From contig NC_068990.1 in assembly GCF_001194135.2 (NCBI RefSeq), positions 80,585,593 through 80,622,995 of the forward strand: 37,403 nt of DNA. The letters run 5' to 3'. The position numbers were made by a program, and so were the translations under genes. Under the pieces are notes generated by a model that had not been told where the DNA came from, did not search any database, and was given only the letters and a program-made list of their open reading frames with translations. Origin of the DNA: Octopus bimaculoides (taxonomy: Eukaryota). Shown piece by piece: positions 26,378 to 37,403 of this stretch (position 1 is its first letter; each line of letters starts with the position of its first letter).

Positions 26378-27545
26378 CCCTGCTAGGGATCATATACCAG
26401 AATCATGTAAGTGTATGTAGGATAAATGGAGAGAGAAAACAAAGGGAAAGGCAGAGGAAATGAGAATGAGATTGGTGAGAGAGATGGAAGTCGGACGCTG
26501 TTACAAGAACGATGTCGAGGTTCGTTGTTGGGTGTTGGGGTAAGTGAAAGCCTGGAAGTTGCGATATTCATCTCATTGTTCTCGCGAAACTATCACTGAT
26601 AGACGTAGGGTGCTAAAAACACAGATATTTATCAGTAGCATACAAAATGCTTCTAGCAACAGTGGTAGAACTGTTAAATACGAATTTCTGTTTTTCTAAG
26701 GAATAATCAACTAGAAACCGCAAGCTAAGTTAGTGTTGTGTGGAAGTGGAACACCTCTATTGGTTGGCTCCTAATGGACTGTGCCACAATATACGTGGAT
26801 ATTCGCAGAGAGCCTTCTGCGCAATATAAGGCCGAGAGTTGCGTATTGTCGTGAGCTTTTACCAGAATCGTGAGTAGAACGATTTGCGAAGACATGATTA
26901 TTATCCAGTTATATCGTACATCGAACGAGCGATACAACAGATAGTTTTAGCAAATCACCGGCGTTGCAGTTAAGTGGCAGGCTGGATAAAATTTCGTTAT
27001 TAGCAAAGGAAGCAGTTCAATATAACATCTTACAAGTCATGCTGAAGGCAGATATGCCGTTGAAAGAATGGAAACTGAGGTACTTTTCTCGAGAAAGCAT
27101 CACTTCTAAACACAAATGACGACGCTTAAAGACGCCAAAGTACTGGTTGCAAGATAACAGGACATTAGATAATAGTGCGGTTAAAAGACACCACCCTGTG
27201 CTCTCCAGAATTGGGAGGTATGGAAATTGCCATATTTGTTTTCCATTCCAAACCTGTCAACTCTGATTTGCACGTTGCATTAATTAACCGTGTTGATATG
27301 TAATGTCCGGTTAACTAATACCTAGAGCTAAGCCGTTTAGTATGATCGGCTTGAATAGGTCTATAATACTGTAAGCATTGATACAGANNNNNNNNNNNNN
27401 NNNNNNNNNNNNNNNNNNNNNNNNNNNNNNNNNNNNNNNNNNNNNNNNNNNNNNNNNNNNNNNNNNNNNNNNNNNNNNNNNNNNNNNNNNNNNNNNNNNN
27501 NNNNNNNNNNNNNNNNNNNNNNNNNNNNNNNNNNNNNNNNNNNNN

Positions 27546-27583
<38 letters not shown>

Positions 27584-28193
27584 GAGAGATAGAGAAAGAG
27601 AGAGAGATATATAGAGATAGAGAGAGAAGGTGAAAATTGGTAGATAGATAGGTAGATACATGTACGCAGAAACACGAACATTAACACATGCAAACACAGG
27701 TGCACACACACAGGTGCACACGCATACACACACCACACATATATATATGTACATATTAATGTGTATTGCATTGACATTTCCAATATTATAACTGAAAGCG
27801 TGTATTAGTAAACAGTATATACTCTTCATTCATTCTGACAGCCAAGTAAATATTGCTTGTAATATCGGTCATATATTGACATTTTCCCAAGAAGCACGTG
27901 CCAGTATAAGTATAGGTCAGAGTGAATCATGCAATACTTCAGGGAGTACTATTGAGAGCTATTAAGATAACTGACGGAACCTGAGCGCTAACCCGGGGTG
28001 CAAACGGCTTCTGTACAGAACTCAATTTTAGTATATTCTCAAATCAGACTGAATTATATACATACAGACATATATACATGCATACATACATGCATACATA
28101 TATGCATATATATATATATATAGGTGTGTATGCGAGTGTGCCTACGTGTGTGTGTTTGTGTGTATGTATGTATATATATGCGTATGTATACAT

Positions 28194-28210
28194 GTATCTA
28201 TATATCTATA

Positions 28211-28292
<82 letters not shown>

Positions 28293-28330
28293 NNNNNNNN
28301 NNNNNNNNNNNNNGTATCTATATATCTATA

Positions 28331-28412
<82 letters not shown>
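28194..28412. other. Exact 99-bp duplication across a 21-N gap (assembly artefact)
   Basis: 28194-28292 is repeated at 28314-28412. Confidence 0.85.
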
Positions 28413-28414
<2 letters not shown>

Positions 28415-28553
28415 TGTGTGTGCGTATGTGTATTTCAACATAAGGAATTATACAATTATTACATACTTCCGTCACACAAACACACACACACACACACCCA
28501 CATACATACATACATACACTCTTATATGTATATGTAGCCGCACACATTAAGAC

Positions 28554-28800
28554 AAGTCGACGAGCTGGCAGAAACGTTAGCACGCCGGGCGAAATGCTTA
28601 GCGGCGTTTCGTCTGCCGCTACGTTCTGAGTTCAAATTCTGCCTAGGTCGACTTTGCCTTTCATCCTTTCGGGTTCGATTACATAAGTACCAGTTACGCA
28701 CTGGGGTCGTTATAATCGACTTAATCCGTTTGTCTATCTTTGTTTGTCTATCTTTGTTTGTCCCCTCTGTGTGTAGCCTCCTGTGGGTAGTAAAGAAATA
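28554..28800 (+). mobile_element. tRNA-derived SINE (best-preserved copy of the window's main family)
   Basis: Head GAGCTGGCAGAAACGTTAGC, B box GAGTTCAAATTC (28628-28639), core GTCGACTTTGCCTTTCATCCTTTCGGG...AAGTACCAG...CTGGGGTCG...AATCGACT shared with other copies, tail ending GTAAAGAAATA. Confidence 0.9.
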
Positions 28801-29889
28801 GCACACATTGAGATATAGAGGGCTTAAAAAGGAGAAAAATATACCGAGATAAAAAGACATACACAGACATATTCATATTTACAGATATATGCATGCTAGT
28901 ATATAGACTTTCCTTGACATTCTGATAGAATGAACTTCTATATGAAATGTCAAAAGTGTAATATCTAATACTGAATTTATCTTATTTGACATACGTATAT
29001 GCCAAATATAGACATACAATTATTGCTTTATTTTGTTTAGTGTGTAGTTTAATGTTTTTCCACTTCTGTATACGTTACAACATTAAGAATGTTTGACGAG
29101 ATATTTTTCTTGCCCTTTTCTTTTCAAATGTTTTGCCTGATGGTATTTTAGGCTAATATCAGCCCTCATGGAGATTTCCACGTTTTTGTGCATAAAGACC
29201 ATGTCCCTTTATCCAGTGTATCTGTTTTTTTATTTTTTTTATTTCAGAACTTTAAGGTTATCATTTGTAGGAGATTTTGTGATATTTTCTACCTGAAAAA
29301 AAAAAGTACGACTCTGCTCTTTAATCAAACGATAGGCCTAATAAAATAGAAATTTGCTTTAAAAAGTTTTGTCCTTGGCCATATCGTTTTAGTATTCACA
29401 GTATATCAAAAACTACATTTTCCGACGATCCTCATTTTCTAAGAATTTACAGCGCGTTTGGCGAAACATTTGGTAACTATTTCTGGTGATGTATTGTATA
29501 ACTACTCAACATATAGTGCTGAGATGCAAGTTGATGTGAAAAGATATTTTTCCAGATAATCTGATATTATTTTTACAAATTACCCATGACGATAACTAGA
29601 AGAATATCCTTTCAATTGGCAGAACTTAATAGTGAGTAGGGAGATATTTAACTATAAATAGAATATTAATCAATGAGAGGTATTATATACAGTCACATGC
29701 GTTTTAGAAAGAGCTTCTAGATCTCACCGAATTTCCACTATAATATTTTTTCAATTGAAATCAATGTTACATTGGATAATGTAGTCTCTGTCATGCAAAG
29801 TAAGAAGGAACGTTAATAATTAATATGCCTATCACTCTAGGTCTGCTCACCCAGTACTGACTTAAGAACAACAACAACAACAACAACAG

Positions 29890-30042
29890 TATCAAGAAGA
29901 GATGTGTTTAACATAGGCACATGTCCTGAAATTTTGAGGAAGACAATCGTTTATATCAAACAAAAACTGTAAAGGCTCCCGAACAAAACCACCAGGGCCT
30001 TTTGCAGCAGTTCTAAGGATTCTGCCCTACCACCGCCCTTAA
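29890..30042 (-). mobile_element. SINE remnant (head and tail fragments)
   Basis: ATAGGCACATGTCCTGAAATTTTG resembles the reverse complement of the 12.37-kb tail. TTCTAAGGATTCTGCCCTACCACCGCCCTT resembles the reverse complement of the head. Confidence 0.45.
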
Positions 30043-30219
30043 TATCAGCAGCAGCATATGTAGACAAAACGGTGAATAATTTTATACTGTATAACAACAA
30101 CAACAACAATAATAATAATATTCACAATAATAATAATAATAATTATAGTAATAATAATAATAATGATGATAATAATTTTAAAAGTATTGGCGTAACTCTT
30201 CACAAATGGTATTATTATT

Positions 30220-30541
30220 ATTCAGTAGTTTTATTTTTATAACGTACTTTCACTTCACTACCGAGCGCAGCTCTGTGCGCCTTGGTATGTGCTGTGGTTT
30301 GCTGTGGTGCTCTTATGTTTACTGTATTGAAAGTGTTTTGCGTAGAATGTGTGCAGTACCCAGTAGTGCAATTTTCTGTATGTTATATATATTTGTAAGT
30401 CCTGGTGTTTTTGTTATGTATTTGTCTGAATATTTTTTTATTATACCTAAGGCACCTACTATGATAGGAATTGTTTCTGTTTTTAGATTCCACATTCGAG
30501 TTATCTCTATTTCCAGGTCTTTGTATTTTGAACGTTTTTCC
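30220..30541 (-). mobile_element. 3' end of a second R4/Dong-type non-LTR retrotransposon (different subfamily), cut by an assembly gap
   Basis: Minus-strand 30540-30319 is an uninterrupted 74-codon frame: EKRSKYKDLEIEITRMWNLKTETIPIIVGALGIIKKYSDKYITKTPGLTNIYNIQKIALLGTAHILRKTLSIQ*. It shares the IVGALG and QK-ALLGTA motifs with the 5-kb copy. A ~100-nt 3' UTR ends in TAATAATAAT. Confidence 0.9.
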
Positions 30542-30826
30542 NNNNNNNNNNNNNNNNNNNNNNNNNNNNNNNNNNNNNNNNNNNNNNNNNNNNNNNNNNN
30601 NNNNNNNNNNNNNNNNNNNNNNNNNNNNNNNNNNNNNNNNNNNNNNNNNNNNNNNNNNNNNNNNNNNNNNNNNNNNNNNNNNNNNNNNNNNNNNNNNNNN
30701 NNNNNNNNNNNNNNNNNNNNNNNNNNNNNNNNNNNNNNNNNNNNNNNNNNNNNNNNNNNNNNNNNNNNNNNNNNNNNNNNNNNNNNNNNNNNNNNNNNNN
30801 NNNNNNNNNNNNNNNNNNNNNNNNNN

Positions 30827-31017
<191 letters not shown>

Positions 31018-31588
31018 GGCATATTACCAGACAATGTACGGCACTAATACAGAAAAAAATTTGAGGGAATATTAACAATACTTCAGAGTACCTAGACTTC
31101 ATAGAGAATGACAACTTAATGGAAAGACGATGCAGTTTAAAGTCATGCCCAGGGCATATCACTGAGGTATATGCATTGCCTGTGCATGTTTTTGTTTGTG
31201 TGTGTGCGTGTATGGCTGTGTGTGCGTGCGTCTATGTTTGTATGTGTGTATCATAAGAAGGAATTGTAAAACGCTTGCTAGTTTGTTATGCATGTTCCAA
31301 ACTTCATCTGATATCTAATTCGAAATTTAGCATATATACACGGCATTGTTTATCATAAAAGGGAATTGCAAGCTGGTCGACACTCACCAGGTGTCTGATG
31401 GTGATGAAGAAAGGTAACCCTCTTGCAGACAAATCTTTTAAAACGTTGTAGAGTGTAAATGTATCTATCTTTCTGTCTGTCTGGCTGCCTGTCTGTCTGT
31501 CTATCTATCTTACAAACTATCGATATTTAACTCTGTCTATCTTTCTCTCATGGTCTCTGTCTCTGTCTTTGTTTCTCTCTCGCTTTCT

Positions 31589-31625
<37 letters not shown>

Positions 31626-32693
31626 GTTAAAGAGAGAGAGAGAGAGATAAATGCATACATACCCACAGACACATGTACACACGCCACGTATACATATATA
31701 TAGATATCTGTGTGTGTTTGTATGTATTTACATATTTGCAAGTATATATTCATGAATCTATATATATATACATATATACATATAAGTATATATATATATA
31801 TATATATATGGAGTAGGTATATATATAAACATACATATATATGTGTGTATGTATGTATTTATATACATGCAACTAAATAATCATAAATATACATGCACAC
31901 ACGTATGTGTACATGTATGCGTACGACTTCCTGCTGTGGCCAGGTTTTTACGGCCTAATATAGTGTAGTGTATTGAATATAATAGATGTAGCGGATCTTG
32001 CATCGGAAAGAAAGTTATGAAAATGCATTTCCACGTTGAAGGATAAACTCACACAGACGACTTTTCTATTGAAAAACATCTGGATAAGTGGAATAATCAG
32101 TACTTCATGGTCAGCTTTAAAGATAACAAACAACAAAACGGAAATTTTATGACAAAAGTCTTTATTAATATCAATAATTAACGTTCAAAAAGTGACAAAT
32201 GTTGCCCGAAGCGAATTAGTTAATATAACACTACGACCTGCAAATATCGCGCTTCACCATCAGTACATCTTTGAACAAATCAGATTTGGGCTGTCTTAAT
32301 TTTCTTCGGATGAGAGCTTTTGAATGTCTGTCTATTGAATAAATTAAACGTCTATATATGCCTCGGCGTTGAACGTTTGCTTGTTTCCAATCTTTTATTA
32401 CATATATGCATGATTTAGTCTTTTGTGAAAATAAAAAAAGACACGCAGGCACTTACTCACACGCACACATACACACACACAAATATGTGTATGTGTGTAT
32501 GGGAGTATATACACACAGATATATGATCAAACACAAGTGCATGAATTTATTGAGATATTTTATCGATCAAATGCGCTATTTCGCACACTCAGCATCTTAC
32601 GGCTTGCCTAACAAAATATGGTTTATACAATGAAATGCATCCATATTTCTTTCATTCGTACACACACACACGTTGATATAAATTATACGTGAC

Positions 32694-32696
<3 letters not shown>

Positions 32697-32751
<55 letters not shown>
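32697..32751. repeat. (TA)n microsatellite
   Basis: Direct reading. Confidence 0.95.
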
Positions 32752-32754
<3 letters not shown>

Positions 32755-32842
32755 GAGAATTTACGAAAAAAATGACAGACGAAGACAGGTGGTGTAAACA
32801 ACAAATGGATGTATTAATTTAACGCTCGGGAATAGAGAAAGT

Positions 32843-32878
32843 CTTTGACGTTTCGAGCTTACGCTCTTCAACTGAAAG
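32843..32878 (-). ncRNA. Hammerhead-like motif with variant core, in a probable Penelope-like repeat end next to (TA)n
   Basis: CUUU-CAGUUGA-A-GAGC-GUAA-GCUC-GAAA-C-GUC-AAAG. Stem I is CUUU/AAAG, stem II is GAGC/GCUC with a GNRA loop, and GAAAC-GUC is present. The core CAGUUGA differs from CUGANGA at two positions. Confidence 0.5.
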
Positions 32879-34267
32879 GAACACAGAAAGAAATAAGGAA
32901 AGAAACAAGGAGAAAAAATTTATAAATGTAATGGTCAACGATCTATCATGATATATATATATATATATATTTGTGAAAGACGACAACAAACGCCAAGGCA
33001 TGACAAGTATCTCAAGTCATATACATTATTATTCTTAAACTAGTTGCGGTCTTACAGTTGTTTCAGGGACATCCCAAATGATAGGCGTGTATGCTCGAAC
33101 TTGGGGTATTCTGTTATCAGAGACAAATTGAGAAAATATGAAGGATCTAAACATGAAAATAATCGGCTACGAGATCTAGACATGAAAAGTTCACCGATAA
33201 TAAGCAATGAAGTAGAAGAGTAGAGATTAAGAAAATAAGGAAACGAAGTTTACAGTTCATTTTTTCCGAGGGTATGGGTACTAGTCTGTATATTTTTGGG
33301 TAAAATCCTACGTAAATCCAGCTAGCATTATAGCAAAGTATGATTAGTGTTTTCACAGTATAAATATCCAGGCAATATTTTGGCAGAAATGGGAATGGTG
33401 TGTTCATATTGGGGTGGCTGGTTTGTAAGAGAGTGACACTAGAAGTGGCTGTTGAGCAAAGTGGAGAGAAAAGGAAAAGAGAAAGAGAAATGACGAGAAA
33501 GAGAGGCTAATGAAGAGATAGAGGGAAGTATTAGTAGGGTAGTCTTTGGGGATAGAGAGAAGAGGAGGAAGGTAAGTTACAGGGCATTAGCAACGTTTGG
33601 ACATCGGGAATGATTAGAAGAATAAAATAAGGAAAGAAATATGAAAATATAGAGTAAAAAAAATAAGAATAAAAATTTTAAAAAAGATAAGAAAAATATA
33701 GGAAAATATAAAAAGCAGAACTAAGGGTAAATAAGAATAAATTGTAAAATAAGGGTACAAATAAAAGAAGAGGGTGGGGAAGATAATGGAAGATAAAATA
33801 AAATTAAAAGGGATCAAAGAGAATAGGAAAAAGGGATAAGGAGAATAATACAGCCCTTACAGCACTTACTCGGAGTACATGTTCGTTTAGATCCCCAGAG
33901 AACTAAAATCCCATATTCTATATATATATATATAACCAAAATACGCATAGGGTTGATCGCCTCTCTCTACACAAATATCCATTCTGATATTTCGACTCTC
34001 ACCAACCATAAGCCTGAACTACAGAGACTACCCAGACTTACCTGGTGCATACCTTTTCAAGTACCTGATTCCATCTGAATCCTTATCTTATAACATATAA
34101 ATGCTGAGGTATATATTCAAAATCGTATGTACATTTGGAACACCAACTCTAGGATTCGAAACAAGCATGATGTTTGTTTGGAGTCTTACGTGCGTAGGGA
34201 CTATCATATAAACCTGTGTTTATCCTCACTTTCATTGTGTATGTGTGTGTGTGTGTGTGTGTGCATA

Positions 34268-35351
34268 TATATGGTGCGTCAGCAAACTTTCTTCTAACAT
34301 TTCTTTTTACCTTAGTTTTGAGATGAATAACATTAAATAGGTTGACTCAGCAAATGAAATACTATGATGTAATCATTGGCCAAAAGCACAATATAGGCAT
34401 ACAGAGATGCCTTGCTTATTGGAAGTTGTCCAATATTCGAAAGAAGTTGGAAGTTGTTGGCGATTATCCAGCACCAGCAACTAAATGCAAAACTCACGCA
34501 CATGGTTCTAATAATATCGGAACATATAACCTACAACAAAAAGGCAAAGGAATAATCGATAAACCTTCGGAATTTGAGTCAGAACCATTACAAACGACTT
34601 CCATGTTTCAGAATGCACCATTACAAGAGCTGTGCATGAAGACGTCCGGTACAATTCGTATGTGATACCGTACGGTCAGTTTATGTCAGATATGGCAAGC
34701 GAGGACTGTTCGATCGGTGCAAAGTGCTTGCTAAACACGTTAAATCACCGAGGAGTTGGAATGTTTGGGTTATTTTCCAATGAGAAGTTCGATCACGCCA
34801 AAATATAAACGGAAGGAACGAGATAGATGGCTGTGTGGAGATCCGTATTAGTTTCCAATGTTTACGCATACTAAGTTCCCAGCAACCGCGATGGTTCTGG
34901 GATCATGAGCGACGAGTGGGATACGTCTTTTTTTATTTTCAGGCCTTAGGAATCAATGCCGTTTTAGAAGTTTTAGAGAAAGGTGTAATGTCTACAGGAG
35001 AGGGAGAGAGAGAGAGANNNNNNNNNNNNNNNNNNNNNNNNNNNNNNNNNNNNNNNNNNNNNNNNNNNNNNNNNNNNNNNNNNNNNNNNNNNNNNNNNNN
35101 NNNNNNNNNNNNNNNNNNNNNNNNNNNNNNNNNNNNNNNNNNNNNNNNNNNNNNNNNNNNNNNNNNNNNNNNNNATAGAAAGAGAGAGAAAGAGGGAGAG
35201 AAACACCATGTGTCTTTCAACGAAGCTCTGCAACGGTTCATAAGGCTGAAACAATCCCAGTATGAATGGGTGCTAATCTTACAATATTCTCCCAGATGAC
35301 CGCTTAGTTCACCAGGCCTCAATCCCTGCACTCTTTCATATGAGTTGTAGT

Positions 35352-35396
<45 letters not shown>

Positions 35397-35674
35397 AACA
35401 ACCCCATGACACCGTATAATTTCTGAAGTTGCTCATAACCAGTACTATGGCTAAAATTGATAAAGTTCATCTATCTGATTCGGGCAGGTCAATGCTCTCT
35501 AGCCCATATTCAAGTAGCCATGAATGCAAAAAGTGGATTCATTGAATAGCTGTGATAAAAGGTTTCTAAAGATTATTTGTACCGGCACAGATTTTCTTTG
35601 ATGAACTATGCATCGTTTGCTTTTAATTGTTAGAAATGAAAGTCTAAAAAAATAACTGAGTTATTCTATCAATT

Positions 35675-35680
<6 letters not shown>
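34268..35680 (+). mobile_element. Decayed Tc1/mariner-superfamily transposon, DD37D (maT/Bmmar1-like) transposase pseudogene
   Basis: Frame-shifted pieces occur in order: LTQQMK (34342), DFHVSECTITRAVHEDVRYNSY (~34596-34661), LFSNEK (34770-34787; FSDEK), DRWLCGDP, HTKFPATAMVLG (34867-34902), ALGINAVLEVLE, then after the gap CVFQRSSATVHKA (FQQDSAPSHKA), SSPGLNP (SPDLNP) and KSGFIE* (stop 35547-35549). The catalytic acidic residues are lost. TIRs are not clearly recognisable, so the ends are approximate. Confidence 0.88.
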
Positions 35681-35705
<25 letters not shown>

Positions 35706-35757
35706 CCCATCCACCCCCCACACATATATGTATATATATATATATAAATATATATAC

Positions 35758-35920
35758 TCGCAGGAGTGACAGTGTGGTAAGAAGCTTGCTTCCAAAACAC
35801 ATGGTTCCAGTTTCAGTTCCACTGAGTGGCACCTTCAGTAAGTGTCTTTTGCTATAGCCTCTTGGCGACCAAAGTCTTGTGAGTGGATTTGGTAGACGGA
35901 AACTGAAAGAAGCCCGTCGT
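35758..35920 (+). mobile_element. tRNA-derived SINE of a third family (CORE-like centre), followed by (TA)/(CA)n
   Basis: A-box-like GAGTGACAGTGTGG, degenerate B-box-like CAGTTTCAGTTCC, centre GGCACCTTCAGTAAGTGTCTT (cf. CORE ACCTTGGGCAAGT), tail GTGAGTGGATTTGGTAGACGGAAACTGAAAGAAGCCCGTCG. Confidence 0.78.
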
Positions 35921-35929
35921 ATATATTTG

Positions 35930-35965
<36 letters not shown>

Positions 35966-35966
35966 A

Positions 35967-36025
<59 letters not shown>

Positions 36026-36152
36026 CATGCACACACACATACACAAACACACACATATATATATATATATATATTATTGATAGAAATGGCAAGACTACGA
36101 AAGATTGACATAGACCTCAATATTATGAAAATAGAGGACTTCATCTGTAAAT

Positions 36153-36272
36153 ATATGTGACAATTATTCGGTAGCCATAATAAAACTCAGAGTTTCGGAT
36201 GTCGGGGTGGAAACCCATGCCGGCATATCTTCAGTTAACGGGCCATCGACGGCCCGAATAATTGTCACATAT
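36153..36272. repeat. Perfect 19-bp inverted repeat enclosing the hammerhead-like cassette
   Basis: ATATGTGACAATTATTCGG (36153-36171) and CCGAATAATTGTCACATAT (36254-36272) are exact reverse complements. Confidence 0.9.
36172..36250 (-). ncRNA. Type I hammerhead-ribozyme-like motif with palindromic stem III
   Basis: UAA-CUGAAGA (36234-36228)-U-AUG(C)CGG...CCG(A)CAU-CC-GAAA (36196-36193)-CUC-U-GAG-UU-UUA. Stem III is the palindrome ACUC-U-GAGU, the cleavage triplet is GUU, and stem I is UAA/UUA plus a distal UGGCC/GGCUA. The base of stem II is imperfect. Confidence 0.62.
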
Positions 36273-36276
36273 TTAC

Positions 36277-36314
<38 letters not shown>

Positions 36315-37365
36315 CTAAGCATGCATATGTGTGATTGTGTACATGCGTTTATATGTGTACATCAAATATATATATACATACACATATACACCCACACACC
36401 CACACACAAACATATACCCACCCACACGTCCGACCACGCACACAGAAACATAAACACACATATATACATAATTAAAGAATTGTTGAAGCAACTATATGAA
36501 AATGATTTTTAAATCTGACCGTGCATCTATCAATGTCCGCACAGAAATCTATTAAGATATCTGCGTATATGATGTAAACAAAATTATATCTTGCATTACG
36601 TACGCGGTTGTGTCAGTAGGGTAAATGTAATTAACTTCACATCGTATATCTAAATCTTTATTATTAAGTCTTCCTAATATATTCCACAAGCGCCCTCCAT
36701 ATTAAATCCAGTTGTTATCGAAAAGAGAGTGTATTAATTAGAACTTGATATGAAATGAAATCAATATATTTTCTCGCTTGTGTAAATGCATACGTGCACA
36801 TAGCATAACTTGATATTTGTGTCAATAAACTTTTTTATATATTTGTGTTAGTGTGTGCGTGTGCTTGTATATTGGCGTCTATTTTGTAGTTATGTAACTT
36901 CCTGCGCAAAACGTGTTATACGGAAACGCATATGCATGTATAGAGAGAAATGAAGTGGCGTAAGATTTGGAGCAGCCCAAATAGAACCTTTATTATTGTG
37001 CGATTTGTTTATCTTAAAAGCGAATGTTTTGTTCCAACAGAAAGATTACTGACAATCCATTCACAAATATAAAATTTCAGCTGCAACAAATCAAACATTT
37101 GCAAAGGTATTTTAACATGTCAAACCTAGGAAGTCAGATATCAGCAAAGCTTATCACCTACCCACATGAACATCACATGACTAACTTTATCCTCATTACT
37201 GCGAATTTACAGTAAATTATTTCAAAATGCTAACAGCTAACAGGTGAACTTTAATCTGCCTCGAATACAAAATGCTGCATAGTTTCCTACCTCATTCGGA
37301 TTCGTTATGCCCTACATTTTTTTATATGGCATGTGAACATATGGTCATATATACATATAGATACA

Positions 37366-37401
<36 letters not shown>

Positions 37402-37403
37402 TA

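Noticed and set aside
31087-31166. 80-nt plus-strand exon with TSP1-like ERRCSLKSCP
   Set aside because: The spacing is off and the WSxWS/CSxTC parts are missing; there is no supporting neighbouring exon.
34036-34045. ACTTACCTGG as the 5' end of U1 snRNA
   Set aside because: The following sequence does not resemble U1 stem-loops; it is better read as a minus-strand consensus donor or chance.
34342-34665. 107-aa ORF as a host gene or exon
   Set aside because: It is the N-terminal part of the decayed DD37D transposase, drifting out of frame; colinear transposase motifs continue in other frames downstream.

Overview
AT-rich, microsatellite-dense eukaryotic DNA with nine N-gaps, most abutting simple repeats as in a short-read scaffold. 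The SINE families and repeat landscape look like coleoid cephalopod (Octopus-type) DNA; this is an inference from remembered repeats, not a database result. No protein-coding gene can be confidently supported, and most ORF-track entries are microsatellite or N-run artefacts. The recognisable coding remnants are all transposable elements: two R4/Dong-type non-LTR 3' ends (RLE endonuclease), one RTE LINE fragment and one decayed DD37D (maT-type) Tc1/mariner transposase. There are also eight SINE copies or remnants. The most interesting signal is three unrelated hammerhead-ribozyme-like motifs, all on the minus strand (16506-16551, 32843-32878, 36172-36250), with the minimal architecture known from Penelope-like elements. 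One lies in a small element with a tRNA-like Pol III head and an internal microsatellite; another sits inside a perfect 19-bp inverted repeat. Several weak exon and smORF candidates are flagged at low confidence.
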